DNA of 61,599 nt, filler included, from Squatina squatina (GCA_031763465.1; 3 parts of 3 records of this genome joined end to end with filler, not necessarily neighbours in it); one strand, 5' to 3'. Shown: positions 12,391 to 24,986, counted from the first letter of the whole stretch. The notes: generated by a model not told the origin, from the letters alone. Program-made: numbers and translations.

Positions 12391-14260
12391 NNNNNNNNNN
12401 NNNNNNNNNNNNNNNNNNNNNNNNNNNNNNNNNNNNNNNNNNNNNNNNNNNNNNNNNNNNNNNNNNNNNNNNNNNNNNNNNNNNNNNNNNCTTTTTAGTT
12501 AAGTTTTAGTTTAAAGTTATAGATCATGTGTGTTATAGTTTCCTTTAAAAGAGGAGTACCACACTGGGAATCTCGAGGATATTTGGGAAATGGAGGTGTT
12601 AGATGTGTGCAATGGAGGTGCTTGTCTGAGTTTGGGTTTAAGGCTGGGGTTGTTGGCATAGTATAACCAGAGCTTATCCTGTGTCTATGGCCTGATCAAA
12701 CAGTGCTTGTTACAAACACAGTGGATGTAAAAACAGACAAAAATATTTTATCCCCAAGCGTTGACATCTGTTCTGTTTGATAAACCCAAAGTTAATCCCC
12801 AAAATGAAAAAGTTACTATTTGTTCTCAGTACAGTGGAGCTGATGCAGCCTGCCAAACTATGCCCCTTAATCAAGTCACAGCCCTCTGGGGTGCCTTCGA
12901 TAGAAATTATATCGAGATTTAACGGTGACTGGCATCTAATTAGCATAAAGGTAATAGGGTTATCTGGATGTAGCTAAGAGGCAGGACTCGAGAGACAACT
13001 TGCCACAGATGAAGAGCTTTCTAGACTGGTTTGCATGATTNNNNNNNNNNNNNNNNNNNNNNNNNNNNNNNNNNNNNNNNNNNNNNNNNNNNNNNNNNNN
13101 NNNNNNNNNNNNNNNNNNNNNNNNNNNNNNNNNNNNNNNNAGGACTGTTCAGTCACCTCAGAACCCACAACTCCGGAGTGGAAGCAAGTCATCCTCGACC
13201 CTGAGGGACTGCCTAAGAAGAAAGAGAGAGGAAGGGCACTATACGCCTGTCAAATGTCAGCACCACATCAGCTGCCAACCTGTAGTACTGGCCACCCATG
13301 TGGACATCAATGTGTTTGAACCCATCAGAGCCAGCCTGACAAGCAGTGAAGGGGCTCTCTTCAATCCTCTTCAATCAAGACTCCAAATCACAACCAACCC
13401 CAAATGTGGCACATCTGTAAAAAACAATCCACAATGTTTTCCTTTTCATTTCGGAAATGTAGTTCTGGATTCTTGCTGGACTGCGCTGTGGGTTTTTCAG
13501 ACCTAATTGAGATCAGATGGTCTGGATTGCCAACAAGGGCCATGAGTATAAAACAGTCTAATTAGTTGAATGATCTTTAAGTGGAATTCAACTGTGTAGA
13601 CACTGCCTGCCTTCAATGGTGAGATTCCAGCTGTCATAATACTGCAATCACTCACACTGTGACAGAGTGTTTTAAACAACTGAATTACTTTCATCCAAGT
13701 GGCCTTGGAATGCCAAGAGTTGGGATATAGTTTAAAGTTTCATTATCAGAGCTCGCATTATACCACACAAGAGTGGAACGCAGGTTCGGCCACTCTGCCA
13801 ACGGCGAGCTCCCAACCTACTGCTGTTGGGGCAGGCTCTGCAGCACATATCTGCTACGTTTCAATGCTTGCCCCACCCAGTGCTGGAATTAAGAGTGATG
13901 TTTGTGAAGGGAAAGCAAAATAAGTATTTCGCTGTTGTTCTTGTGAATGTGCCTGTTGAATTTAAACAACAACATGTATCTCAATAGCACCTTTAACGTA
14001 GTGAAACGCCCCAAGGCGCTTCACAGGAGGGATCAGCAAACAAAATTTGACTCCAAGCCACATAAGGAGGTATTGGAACAGGGCAGCAAAAGCTTGGGCA
14101 AAGTGTTGGTTTAGGGGCAGCACTCTTGCCAATGAGTCAGAAGGTTATGGGTTCAAGCCCNNNNNNNNNNNNNNNNNNNNNNNNNNNNNNNNNNNNNNNN
14201 NNNNNNNNNNNNNNNNNNNNNNNNNNNNNNNNNNNNNNNNNNNNNNNNNNNNNNNNNNNN

Positions 14261-14785
14261 GGGTTTCCCATCCTCCATTTTTCATAAACTTCAGCTCATC
14301 CAAAACTCCAGTGCCCGTATCCTATCCCGCACCAGGTACCGCTCACCCCTCACCCCTGGCCTTGGTGACCTATGCTAGCTCCCAGTCCTCCATTTCCTCA
14401 AATTTAAAATTCTCATCCTCAGGTTTAAACCCCTTCAGAGCCTTGCCCCTCCCTAACTCTGTAACTTCTTCCAGCCCTACACCCCCTAAACTCTCCGTTA
14501 CTGTGATATTGGGCTCTTGTGCAGCCCCGCTTTCCTTTGTCGCATCATTAGTGCCCTTGCCTTCAACTGCCTAGGCCTCACTCTCTGGAACTCCCTCCCT
14601 AAATCCCTCTGCCTTTCTATCTCTTTCTCCTCCTTTAAGACCATCCTTAAGCCCCACATCTTTGACCGAGCTTCTGATCATCCCTCCTGGTATCTCCTTT
14701 GGCTAAGTATCCATTTGTTGTCTGATTACGTCTCTGTAAAGCGCCCTGGGATATTTGTCAACAGTAAAGGCGCCAGTTGCATTGC
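14261..14785 (+). mobile_element. L2-clade LINE 3' end
   Basis: Encodes ...LWNSLPKSL...SFSSFKTILKPHIFD followed by ...gtaaagcgccctgggatatt...taaaggcgc tail. Related copies at about 32720-32960 (+), 13965-14105 (-) and 58490-58860 (-). Confidence 0.75.
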
Positions 14786-17050
14786 TTATTCATTCATTGA
14801 GACGGTTCAGCAGTAGGTTTCCTCCTGGACAACCAGGTGTCGGAAGCCCACCGCCTCGGGGAGCTGTTAAACCAAGCTATCGAGAAAGCCACAGAGCTAA
14901 CTTTCAGGTTGCCTGAGTGTTATGGAGTGCACTCTTTGCCCGCAGCCTGGGAAGAGCCAGCAGCTGGGGATTTCCACTTCTGCATGAATGAGAGGAAAAT
15001 CGAGGCTGGCAAGCGCAGAAGCGGAAAACCTGGGCCCAAGCTTCCAGCTATACTAACTTTTTGGAAACTTATCCTGTGCTATGGTTATGAGGAGTGAGGG
15101 GAGACATAGAATCGAGGAAGAGAGAGAGACACACCTGGAATTTGCACAGGGGCTCTCTCAATATCTTGCTGTAGCTTTGGTGAAAGATCGACCTGGAGAA
15201 ACATCTATTGATTCTGCTGAAGTTATAGCAGGAGACCTGGAGAACCCCTCTGGAGATTCTCCCCCATTCTCAATTACAAATACTTATTGGGAAAAAACTT
15301 AATGTGGAAATACTTCAAAATAGTATTTTATTTTTACATTTGTGTGATTTTGTTGGAACTTTTTTCATTAATGTATTTGGGTAATTATGAGAGATCACGG
15401 AACTGATTGAATGACTGAAAATAATTGTAGATTACTAAGTGACCTGATTTTTTCTTTGGTTTGTTTTACTTGCTTTTAAAATGACAGTTCAATAAAATAG
15501 AACAAATGTTTTGTGTTATTTCCAGGCTGTGGTTGTGGGGGGTCAAAGCCCTCGGGGACGCCAATTTAGTGTGTCTGTTTTGAAAAGTACCCACCACTCT
15601 TTAACATTTTCCCTTGGGTTACTTTTGTAGTACTGAAGGAACTACTCCAAATCTGCCCCTGTGACCTGTTGACTAATGGACTACATTTTGCCTCTCCTGA
15701 CACACAGGCTTTAACTTATTTACTACAATTAATTGCCATTCCAGAGCTGCCGTTATTTGCCCAGGTGTCTGAGAAAGGCACTACATTTTCATTGTATCAA
15801 AAAGAATTTGATTCAGGGTTTTCTATGAATATTTTACCATGTCACACCTCTAAAGCTAGGAGTGTATGGCTGGCAAAGTTAGCCCAAGTGACCACGAAAA
15901 AGTAAATGCTATTTTATTTCATTTAAAAGGAATATATATCAAGCCTATTATGAGCAATATTCCATTCCTTTTACATTTCCATCCACTAAGACACCAGGGG
16001 TAATATTAACCCTCAAGAACAGGTGGGTTTGGGTCGGTTNNNNNNNNNNNNNNNNNNNNNNNNNNNNNNNNNNNNNNNNNNNNNNNNNNNNNNNNNNNNN
16101 NNNNNNNNNNNNNNNNNNNNNNNNNNNNNNNNNNNNNNNCCTCAGTGCTCAGCAGATTCCCAATACGGTCAAGCAGAATCAAAGAATGCATAGGCTCTCA
16201 AATAAATTCATAGCCTTTGATATTCTCTGAGACCGTGGCTCCAGTATTCCTCCTGGGAGGAGCCGGCAGCTGGAATCAGGAGTGGATTTTTTTGTCTCAT
16301 AACACTCCTGTGAAGCGCCTTGGGATATTTTACTCAGCAGCAGCGGGAATGAACAAAAGCATCAGGCATTAGGTCTCCAGCCTGAGAATCTATTAGGGCT
16401 CTGTAATACAAGGTGCCCTCTTACCCTGTGCCACCCACCTTTCTCACACTCTCACCTGAAGGGGCTGGACCACGGGCTGCCACCACCTTCTTCTGCGAGC
16501 CCCCTGTGTTTGGCTGCCAGCCCAGTGAACGTGGAGGTTAGCGAGGAGCTAGGCCCTGTCCTAGTCTGCCCCTCACCCCCCCCACACCCCACCATCCCCC
16601 TGCCCCTCCAGGGCATCCTCAGAACATCCCTGGGCAACGTCAAGGGGCTGAAGACCCAGGATCATGAGACTCCATCTCTTGTCCCTCTCCTTTGCATCAG
16701 GGAGCTGAGTACTCCCCAGGGTGATAGGAGAGACAACTCCAGCCCACATTCTTCAAAAAGGAATGTTTTGTTTTGGTGCAGGAATGCCATTGTTTCGACC
16801 TCAGTGGATTAAAACCTGTTTACTAGTTTGTTTTAATGAATTAAGGAAAAATACATTTCTCTCCTTTTAGAGCCCATTTCAAATGAACAAATACTTCCTT
16901 CTTGTACGTGTTGGATGTTGAACTACATTGTGCTTTGCTGAAAGATCTCANNNNNNNNNNNNNNNNNNNNNNNNNNNNNNNNNNNNNNNNNNNNNNNNNN
17001 NNNNNNNNNNNNNNNNNNNNNNNNNNNNNNNNNNNNNNNNNNNNNNNNNN

Positions 17051-18128
17051 CAGGCGGGTGTATAACAGGCAGGTGTATAGCAGGATGGTGTATTACAGGA
17101 GGGTGTGTAACGGGCGGGTGTATAACACGACAGTATATAACAGGAGGGTGTATAGCAGGAGGATGTATAACAGGCGGGTGTATAATGGGCGGGTGTATAA
17201 CAGGAGCATATATAACGGGCAGGTGTATAATGGGCAGGTTTATAACGGGCGGGTGTATAACAGGCAGGTGTATAATGGGCAGGTGTATAACAGGCAGGTG
17301 TATAACAGGAGGGTTCATAACAGGAGGGTGTATAATGGGCGGGTGTATAACGGGCAGGTGAATAACAGGTGGGTGTAAAAATGGGGTGTATAACTAACAA
17401 GGTGTAGAACGGGCGGGTGTGTAACGGGCGTGTGTCTAACAGGCGGGGTGTATAACGGGCGGGTGCATAATGGGCCGGGGGTGTAACGGACGGGTGTATA
17501 ACGGGCGGGTGTATAATGGGCTGAGTGTGTAACGGGCGGGTGTATAGCGGGTGGATGTATAACAGGCGGGTGTGTAACGGGCGGGGTGTATAACAGGCAG
17601 TTGTATAACAGGCAGGTGTATAACGGGCGGGTGTATAACGGGTGGGTGTACAACAGGCGGGTTGTATAATGGGTGGGTGTATAACAGGCAGGTGTGTAAC
17701 AGGTAGCTGTATAATGGGTGGATGTATAACAGGCAGGTGTATAACAGGAGGGTGTATAGCGGGCAGGTGTATAACAGGCAGGTGTATAACAGGAGGGTGC
17801 ATAGCGGGCATTTGTATAACGGGCGGATGTAGAACAGGAGGGTGTATAACAGGAGGGTGTATAACAGGAGGGTGTACAACTGGAGATTGTATAACGGGCT
17901 GTTGTATAACGGGCGGGCGTATAACAGGAGGTTGTATAACAGGAAGGTGTATTACAAGACTGTGTATAACAGGAGGGTGTATAACAGACGGGTGTGTAAC
18001 AGGAGGGTGTATAACGGGCAGGTGTATAATGGACGGGTGTATAAAAAGAGGGTGTATAACAGAGAGGTGTATAACAGGAGGGTGTATAACAGGAGGGAGT
18101 ACAACTGGAGAGTATATAATGGGCAGGT
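17051..18128. repeat. 15-bp G-rich tandem minisatellite, about 70 copies, cut by gaps at both ends
   Basis: Unit AAC(A/G)GG(A/C)(A/G)GGTGTAT repeated head to tail; accounts for the VYNRR, IHPPV and YTPAR ORFs. Confidence 0.95.
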
Positions 18129-19655
18129 NNNNNNNNNNNNNNNNNNNNNNNNNNNNNNNNNNNNNNNNNNNNNNNNNNNNNNNNNNNNNNNNNNNNNNNN
18201 NNNNNNNNNNNNNNNNNNNNNNNNNNNNCAAATGAGGTTTGATCGGCGAGTGCTCAGACTCCAGGTCAGCAAGGCAGAGCTTTGGGCATTACCAAGATAT
18301 CCAGCTTCCCGAGGGTCCAGGGTGCCATCGATTATGTCTGCCCATCCCAGCAGTTGATTAGATTATCCCTCCTCGCCCACCAACGATCTATGCTCTGACT
18401 GACCTAAGCAGTGCTTGTGTCTGCAGAATAATCCCCTTTAAGGGTTGAGGTAGCCTGACAGCTGATCGCAGCTCCTTACATTGGACGAACAATTGGGGAG
18501 CTGAAAAAACCTAAGAGTCAATAGTACCATTAGCACTGGTTTGGGACATGGGCTTTGTTTTCTGCTGCCAAGAAATTTTCTAAGCGGCCAATTCTGTGTC
18601 TTAAGATAATTGTCCAAAACGGGCGTTAAATTTACACCTATTGGCCTCATATAGACACAGACTATAAAAAGGTCAATTGGGTGCCCCAGTGCTCCCCAGC
18701 ATTTGCCCACAGCCTCTAGGTCATGTCACAGCACTGGTTTTCCTCATTCCAGTTTTGCCTGGCATTTCTCACCCCTCCCCCAGCCTTACAAAGATTGACA
18801 AGTATTTAAAATTCATTTTGAAGTTGAAGGAATATTTCCCCCGTATACAGCCATTTACCTTTAAGCTCATACAGCCTTTTAATTTTGAGCTGAAGGCATG
18901 TATTTGCACATCCCTGATTAAGCTAGCTCCTTGCACAAGGCCAAGACTATGAATAATTATTCGAATGAGCAGTCATCTCGCTGCAGTGTTGGCTCACTTT
19001 GTGCCAGCAACTCAGCAGAGAAGCTTAAGATGATCCTGGGCCAAAGATTGGCCTGTGCTTCCCTTTGCAAATCACACGATGAGCGCAGATAATGACATCA
19101 GTGACCGAATTATAGACAATGGAGCCCTCATGATAAGAAAACAACCCAAATCCTAACCGGTGGTGTTAAACAATGTATACCTTGTGCAGGTTAATCTACC
19201 AGCCTGGGAGATTCCTGATTAAATCCACTTTATATGCATGAAGCACATGTCTTTATTTTATACAGACACTCTGATTTGTCCACTGGCTACGACATATTGA
19301 TATTTATTATAGTATTAGGTTTAAGTAATTTTTATTGATGTCCTGTTGTGAATGTTTAATTATTAAATATGTTATTTATTGTCTTAATTGTTCTTGTTAG
19401 AATGNNNNNNNNNNNNNNNNNNNNNNNNNNNNNNNNNNNNNNNNNNNNNNNNNNNNNNNNNNNNNNNNNNNNNNNNNNNNNNNNNNNNNNNNNNNNNNNN
19501 NNNNGAGCATGTGTTAAGTGTACGCTGGTATCATATGGTGTCATTTCAAAACCTTTGTTTTTCAATTCCAAGTCTAAACAGCTCTACTATAGATAAAATG
19601 CCGATTAAACACGCAACATTCTGTTGTGATGTCATGCCATCTCCCAGTTGGTGTC

Positions 19656-20212
19656 TTAATCTGGGAATATGAGGAATCCACTGAAGATGCTATCAGCTCC
19701 GTCGGATCCCAGCATCGAATTCAACTCTGTTGTTTGAAGATGGACTTCATCTTCTTTCTTCAGTTGAAGGACGACTCCCCCTGAGCTGACCTGGAACTTG
19801 TCGTACATCTGATCACAGAAACCAACCTGCTTTTCTCTATTTAGCATAATGTTGACACAGAGGTTCCCCTTGGAAGTTGCATGATATGTGAAGTAATACA
19901 AGCCTGCTATTTTACACACAAATTTTCCACGTCTAGATGCATAACTCTGCTGTTCATTGCTAATTATTCCATCAAACTTTATTGGGAAGTTTTTTTTGGG
20001 GCTGTAACTTGTTTTCCTTGCCACGGAAAAGGCCGACTTCTGGGTACTCATGTAGTCTCCAACCTCTCCATTTTGACCCCTTTCCCCCGCTGCACCCTTT
20101 TGTCCTTTTTCTCCTCTTTCACCATCAGGACCCACTTTTCCAGTGGAGCCCTCGGGGCCTTGCTCACCCTTCTGTCCTTTATTACCAGCCATACCAGCTG
20201 ATCCAGGGACAC
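19656..20212 (-). CDS. C1QB: Complement C1q B chain, terminal exon (Gly-X-Y collagen plus globular C1q domain)
   Basis: ttgacag|GT phase-1 acceptor; uninterrupted G-X-Y repeats, then GDYMSTQKSAFS...GKFVCKIAGLYYFTYHATSKGNLCVN...GFCD...FQVSSGG...GADSIFSGFLIFPD*. These motifs are closest to C1qB, and the position next to EPHB2 matches the human locus. Confidence 0.92.
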
Positions 20213-20607
20213 CTGTCAACGGCATAAGTCTTACAGTTGATGACTGAATTCATTGAGTGGAATCCGACTTCTGACTCATTCTTCATTATATTTTGACATT
20301 TGAAAGTTACATTTCTAAATATTCAGAATATGGACCCAAGCTTTAAGTCGGGTTGGGCCTGGGCTCCCGGTTTACACTAATGGGGCTGGTTCTGGGAAGT
20401 GATTAGTTCTGAGCACAGAGATGAGCAAAAGAGGGAAAGACTCGTGCTACTGGATCTCCCCTTTTCCTTCGCCCAGGGATTTCTCGTGAACCCCCAGGGG
20501 GATTGGGNNNNNNNNNNNNNNNNNNNNNNNNNNNNNNNNNNNNNNNNNNNNNNNNNNNNNNNNNNNNNNNNNNNNNNNNNNNNNNNNNNNNNNNNNNNNN
20601 NNNNNNN

Positions 20608-20935
20608 CAGCGAGTATAAGCCTAGTCTATCCAGTCTTTCTTCATATGAAAGTCCTGCCATCCCAGGGATCAATCTGGTGAACCATCTCTGTACTCCCTC
20701 TATGTACTCCCTTTATCTACCCTGCTAGTTACATCCTCAAAAGCTGTAACAGATTTGTCAAACATGATTTCCCTTTCAGAAAACCATGTTGACTCTGCCC
20801 AATCCTGATTTTCTAAGTGCCATGTTACCACTTCCTTAATGATGGATTCCAGCATTTTTCCGACGAATGCTGTCAGGCTAACTGGCCGAGAGTTCTCTGT
20901 TTTCTTTCTCTCTCCATTCTTGAATAGCAGTGTTG
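20608..20935 (-). mobile_element. Two juxtaposed CR1-clade LINE fragments
   Basis: MIPGMAGLSYEERLDRLGLYSL (ORF2 C-terminus) and PTLLFKNGER...RPVSLTAFVGKMLESIIKEVVTWHLE (RT start). Confidence 0.85.
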
Positions 20936-22312
20936 GGGTAATATTTGAGTGATATTCCTCGCCCTCTGCCACACTCCCTAATAGCTATGTGCAGAGAGAT
21001 AAGGCTTGACACGAGCAAAATGAAAATATGACAGCCACAATTTCAAATTTTTTGAAACTAAGTTCTCTGAAATAGTTAAGTAGTGCAAGATATTATGGAG
21101 CACTGGTAATTCCAATTGTGAATAATTTATAATATTTCTAAGCACCCAATATGTTCCTGGAATTACCTTACAATAGAAAGCAATGGGCATGGAAACAGTC
21201 TGTTGCCATTACAGTTTAATGCACCTGCCCATGAAATGGCCTTGGGAGCTGCTTGAACAAAATGAGATCAGGCAGACATCAGCAAGGCATGAAGATGGGG
21301 TCACTCAGTCTTAATTCTTCAAAGCTGGAATTTCTTAGGAAGAGAATTTTATATTGCCTCGTTAATACAAAGTGAAAACCAAACTCAGCGACAAATAGAA
21401 GTAGAATGTTCCAGAAATGTCTTTTCTGAACGTTTTTCCCTGTCCGACAAATGCAAATCTTCTAAATAACCTCATATTGCTACCAGAAATCTGAAAGAGA
21501 AATAATNNNNNNNNNNNNNNNNNNNNNNNNNNNNNNNNNNNNNNNNNNNNNNNNNNNNNNNNNNNNNNNNNNNNNNNNNNNNNNNNNNNNNNNNNNNNNN
21601 NNNNNNCGGCACCTCCGACAGTGCAGCACTCCCTCTGCACCACACTGAAGTATCAGTCGAGATTAGGTGCCAAATCCGTGGAGTGGGGCTTGAATCAATG
21701 ATTTTCTGACTCAGAGCCACGGCTGACAGACCTGCACATTTTAGCTGTTTTTTAGTTTACAGCTTTTTTGAGGCTGTGTCATGTTTTTCTGGATAAAGTG
21801 AGAGGATCCAGGTTCCTCACGGCTTCTCCCTCCTTCCCCGCCAAAATGGTCTGACTAACACTATGAAGAAAGAAGGCTGGACTGTAGCTGGTAGATTCAA
21901 TGTGGGTCTGATGATTAACTATCACTTGAGGGCATAGTAGTTTTAAAGGAACATAGACCCGGTACCGTGTGGTGCCAATGTGACGATGTAGGTTCACAGA
22001 AACATCTGTGGGCAGGAATGGAGTGCCTGGGGAGGCAATGTAGACAGAGAGTGCGGGAAAAGGATGGATATTTGAGGGAGTGAGAGATTGAGAGGGAGTC
22101 ATTTTGGGACCATTCTGATGGACTATGGTTTTTTTTTTCAACCAGTCTTATACTTTCCAATGTTGTTCTGGATAAAGAGGAATCCAACAGAACAGGGAGG
22201 GGGATAAGGCAGGGTGGGTAATTACTGATGTATGGGCACATGCCCCTGTTGACTACATGAGCGTATCATATAAGCTGAAGGTTCTTGGATCTATGGTGGA
22301 GCATTCAAAACA

Positions 22313-22902
22313 TTATTCAGCTGGGAAGAGAAGAAACCCAGAAAAGACACTGTCGATGTCTGCGGAACCAAAAACATTGTTGTTACCCGGTGTAGTTTCA
22401 AGCCACACCTTATCGTTCATCCTCAGCCGAAGTACTGTCCCCCCTGAATTCACCTGATAATTAGGCGAAGTAATTTTGCTTCCACCAACGTCACAGAATC
22501 CTGCTTCCTTTCTGTTGTTTTTCATTATCCTTATACAAAGCTTCCCTTCAGAGACTATATTGTATGTAAAGTAATACCAGCCAGCCTTACAAGTAAGAAA
22601 TATTCCAGTTAAAATATTAAAACAAGCTCCCTCATTGGTGATATACTTGTCGAACGTCATCGGGCTTTCAGGGTTAGGGTCATCAGTGGTGTTTTTGACA
22701 ACAGAGAAGGCAGGCCTTTCTTTGCCCACTCGAATGCCCATTTGCACTGATTGTCCCTTCTCTCCTCTCGGCCCAGGTGGTCCAGGTTCACCGTCTGGCC
22801 CTGATGGACCAACATATCCTCTAGGGCCATTAATTCCGGGGTGTCCTGGATCTCCCCATGGTCCTTTCATTCCTGGTTTACCAACAATACCATTGAGCAT
22901 GC
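22313..22902 (-). CDS. C1QA: Complement C1q A chain-like, terminal exon (collagen plus gC1q)
   Basis: tcctcag|GC phase-1 acceptor; starts with the interrupted triplet G-M-L-N-G (like the human C1qA G-I-R-T-G kink), then 16 G-X-Y, RPAFS...GWYYF...GFCD...QVNSGG...[13 protein letters not shown]. Confidence 0.82.
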
Positions 22903-23154
22903 CTGAGGATAAGAAGAACAAAAGATGAGTAAGAACACCTTAGAAATGTCCCTATTCATCTTTTTCTTCCACAGTTCTTGATGACCCACCAGAATAGAGA
23001 CAACTAAATGTGGGCAGTTGTATTCCTTTGCTCCAGCNNNNNNNNNNNNNNNNNNNNNNNNNNNNNNNNNNNNNNNNNNNNNNNNNNNNNNNNNNNNNNN
23101 NNNNNNNNNNNNNNNNNNNNNNNNNNNNNNNNNNNNNAAATGTCCCATACTTAC

Positions 23155-23252
23155 AAAAAGATTCAGGGCAGGTAAACCATATTCTGTAATCTTCACAACT
23201 CCCATCTTCTTGGTCCTTGTTCGCACAAGAAAATTCAAACAAAATGCTGCAC
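23155..23252 (-). CDS. CysD/WxxW-type domain unit 3, exon B (98 bp; open, but downstream of the unit-3 stop)
   Basis: gaacag|G...T|gtaagt; CSILFEFSCANKDQEDGSCEDYRIWFTCPESF. Confidence 0.6.
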
Positions 23253-23354
23253 CTGTTCAATACAGAATGGAATGGTGTGATATTCTAGTTCCTTAAACAA
23301 TTTATACTCTTTGAAATAATGTCACAGTATGAAAATATCGGGAAATGATTTTAC

Positions 23355-23517
23355 GGAGCAATGTTGTCTCCAGTGCTTGAGGCTGGAATTCTTGATATTG
23401 TCTCCACTTCACAGGCAGTCGGATTATTGCAGATAAAATCTGGATATTAATTTCGGAGATTCATAAGATCTTCACAATCCCCATTTCCTGATGGGTTATC
23501 TCGGTCAAACCACTGAT
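23355..23517 (-). pseudogene. CysD/WxxW-type domain unit 3, exon A, disrupted
   Basis: QWFDRDNPSGNGDCEDLMNLRN*YPDFICNNPTACEVETISRIPASSTGDNIA: in-frame TAA at 23447-23449 (GAA in units 1 and 2) and a 17-bp deletion at the exon 5' end. Confidence 0.72.
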
Positions 23518-24986
23518 CTATGGAACAAACAAAAAGCAGACTGTGAGGAACACTTTTAAAGATGGAATTGAGGGTATGGAATAGAAAGAGAATTTTTTCA
23601 ATAACTGGCTGAAAAGTATTTACACGGATTAATAATTGGTTTTAACCAATGGTTGCAGAGAGAGCTGAATAAAAAAGCAAAAATTGAAGTACCTAGTAAC
23701 AGAATTCATTCTGTGCCAGCTCCAAAAGGAATACTCCCTAAATACTGGCGAACATTTCTGTCCCCCTCACCAGCCCTTCTCATCTCCTTTCTAAGTCAGA
23801 CTGTTAATACAGTGCCCAAGCAAAATGAAATTTGGACATTTTTCAATGGATTTGCAGTTGCTGGAAGCTAGGCTGAGACTGGTCAATATGTTTCAATTAA
23901 GATCCTTTCAGCAGCACTGAGAGACAATGTCCCTTCCGTCTGATCTCCGAGATTAAAATCAGGGCCCAGGTGAATGACAATGTTCTGAGCTGAATTGTTA
24001 ACCTCTTTCCCAGTGGAAGACATACATTAATATTGGTGCAAAGGCAAAACACTGTGGATGCTGGAATCTGNNNNNNNNNNNNNNNNNNNNNNNNNNNNNN
24101 NNNNNNNNNNNNNNNNNNNNNNNNNNNNNNNNNNNNNNNNNNNNNNNNNNNNNNNNNNNNNNNNNNNNNNTGCATCAGTTTTCAGTGTTCTCCAGAGAAG
24201 ATCATTTTTATTCCTTAAAGAGTTAGTCATGCAGTCTGTGTCCAAGAGGTTATTCAGTAAGATAGTAAACTAGTGAACTTAAGAGGTATCTGTTGATTTG
24301 CAACACCATGGTATTAGCAAATTGTTTAGATATGTATCTAGAATAGCAAAAAATCTTAGCATTTAGTAATAAAAATCTCAAATGGTACAAACTGAGTGTG
24401 GTTCTGCAGGAACTACTGTTCCACCAAAATGTATATTACTGAATGAATACAATCCTGCAATTTACAGAATCCACATAAGCGCACTTCCTTACTTTATAAT
24501 GATTTCTTTTTAAATTTGAGAACTAATCCACTTTGACCCACACTTACCTTATAAGAAGGTTTAGTGCTTCATGCTCGACGACCATTGACTGTTGATCTCT
24601 AGTTAGTATTGTCTCCACTGCTGCAAGTATATTTTGAACCTAACAAAGCAAAACTCGAGCATTTTGGTCACTACCCAACTGACAGTCAACACGATGGAAT
24701 ACACTACATTCACAAAAAAAAAATCCAGGAGAGCACAGAAAAATGCAGCTAAAATTGTAGAGTCTCATTTTTAAAAGTTTTCACACGGGTCAACTCTGAG
24801 CCCTGATTGGAAGTATTTGGCCTGTGCTCTTTACCTCCTGCAGTGACACGACCATGATTAGGCGCACTAGGTGTTGGGTTCTTATCACTCGGTGATGCAG
24901 CTGGTAAGTTTTCAGTGAGCGTTTCCCCTAGAAGGTTCTTGATGTGCAACACTGCACTAATACTGCTCAGTTCTAACAATACTTAC

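Noticed and set aside
14112-14160. tRNA-like box B sequence (gggttcaagccc), also at about 41840-41880
   Set aside because: These are tRNA-derived SINE heads, not complete cloverleaf tRNA genes.
16902-18357. Long ORFs (up to 427 aa) of VYNRR, IHPPV, YTPAR and GGCIT repeats, resembling extensin or keratin-associated proteins
   Set aside because: They result from a 15-bp tandem unit that is stop-free in several frames on both strands; there is no evidence of splice sites or a gene.
21332-21385. STAT-like (TTCTTAGGAA) and IRF-like (AAGTGAAAACCAAA) motifs between C1QA and C1QB
   Set aside because: Short or imperfect matches expected by chance, with no transcription start visible to anchor them.
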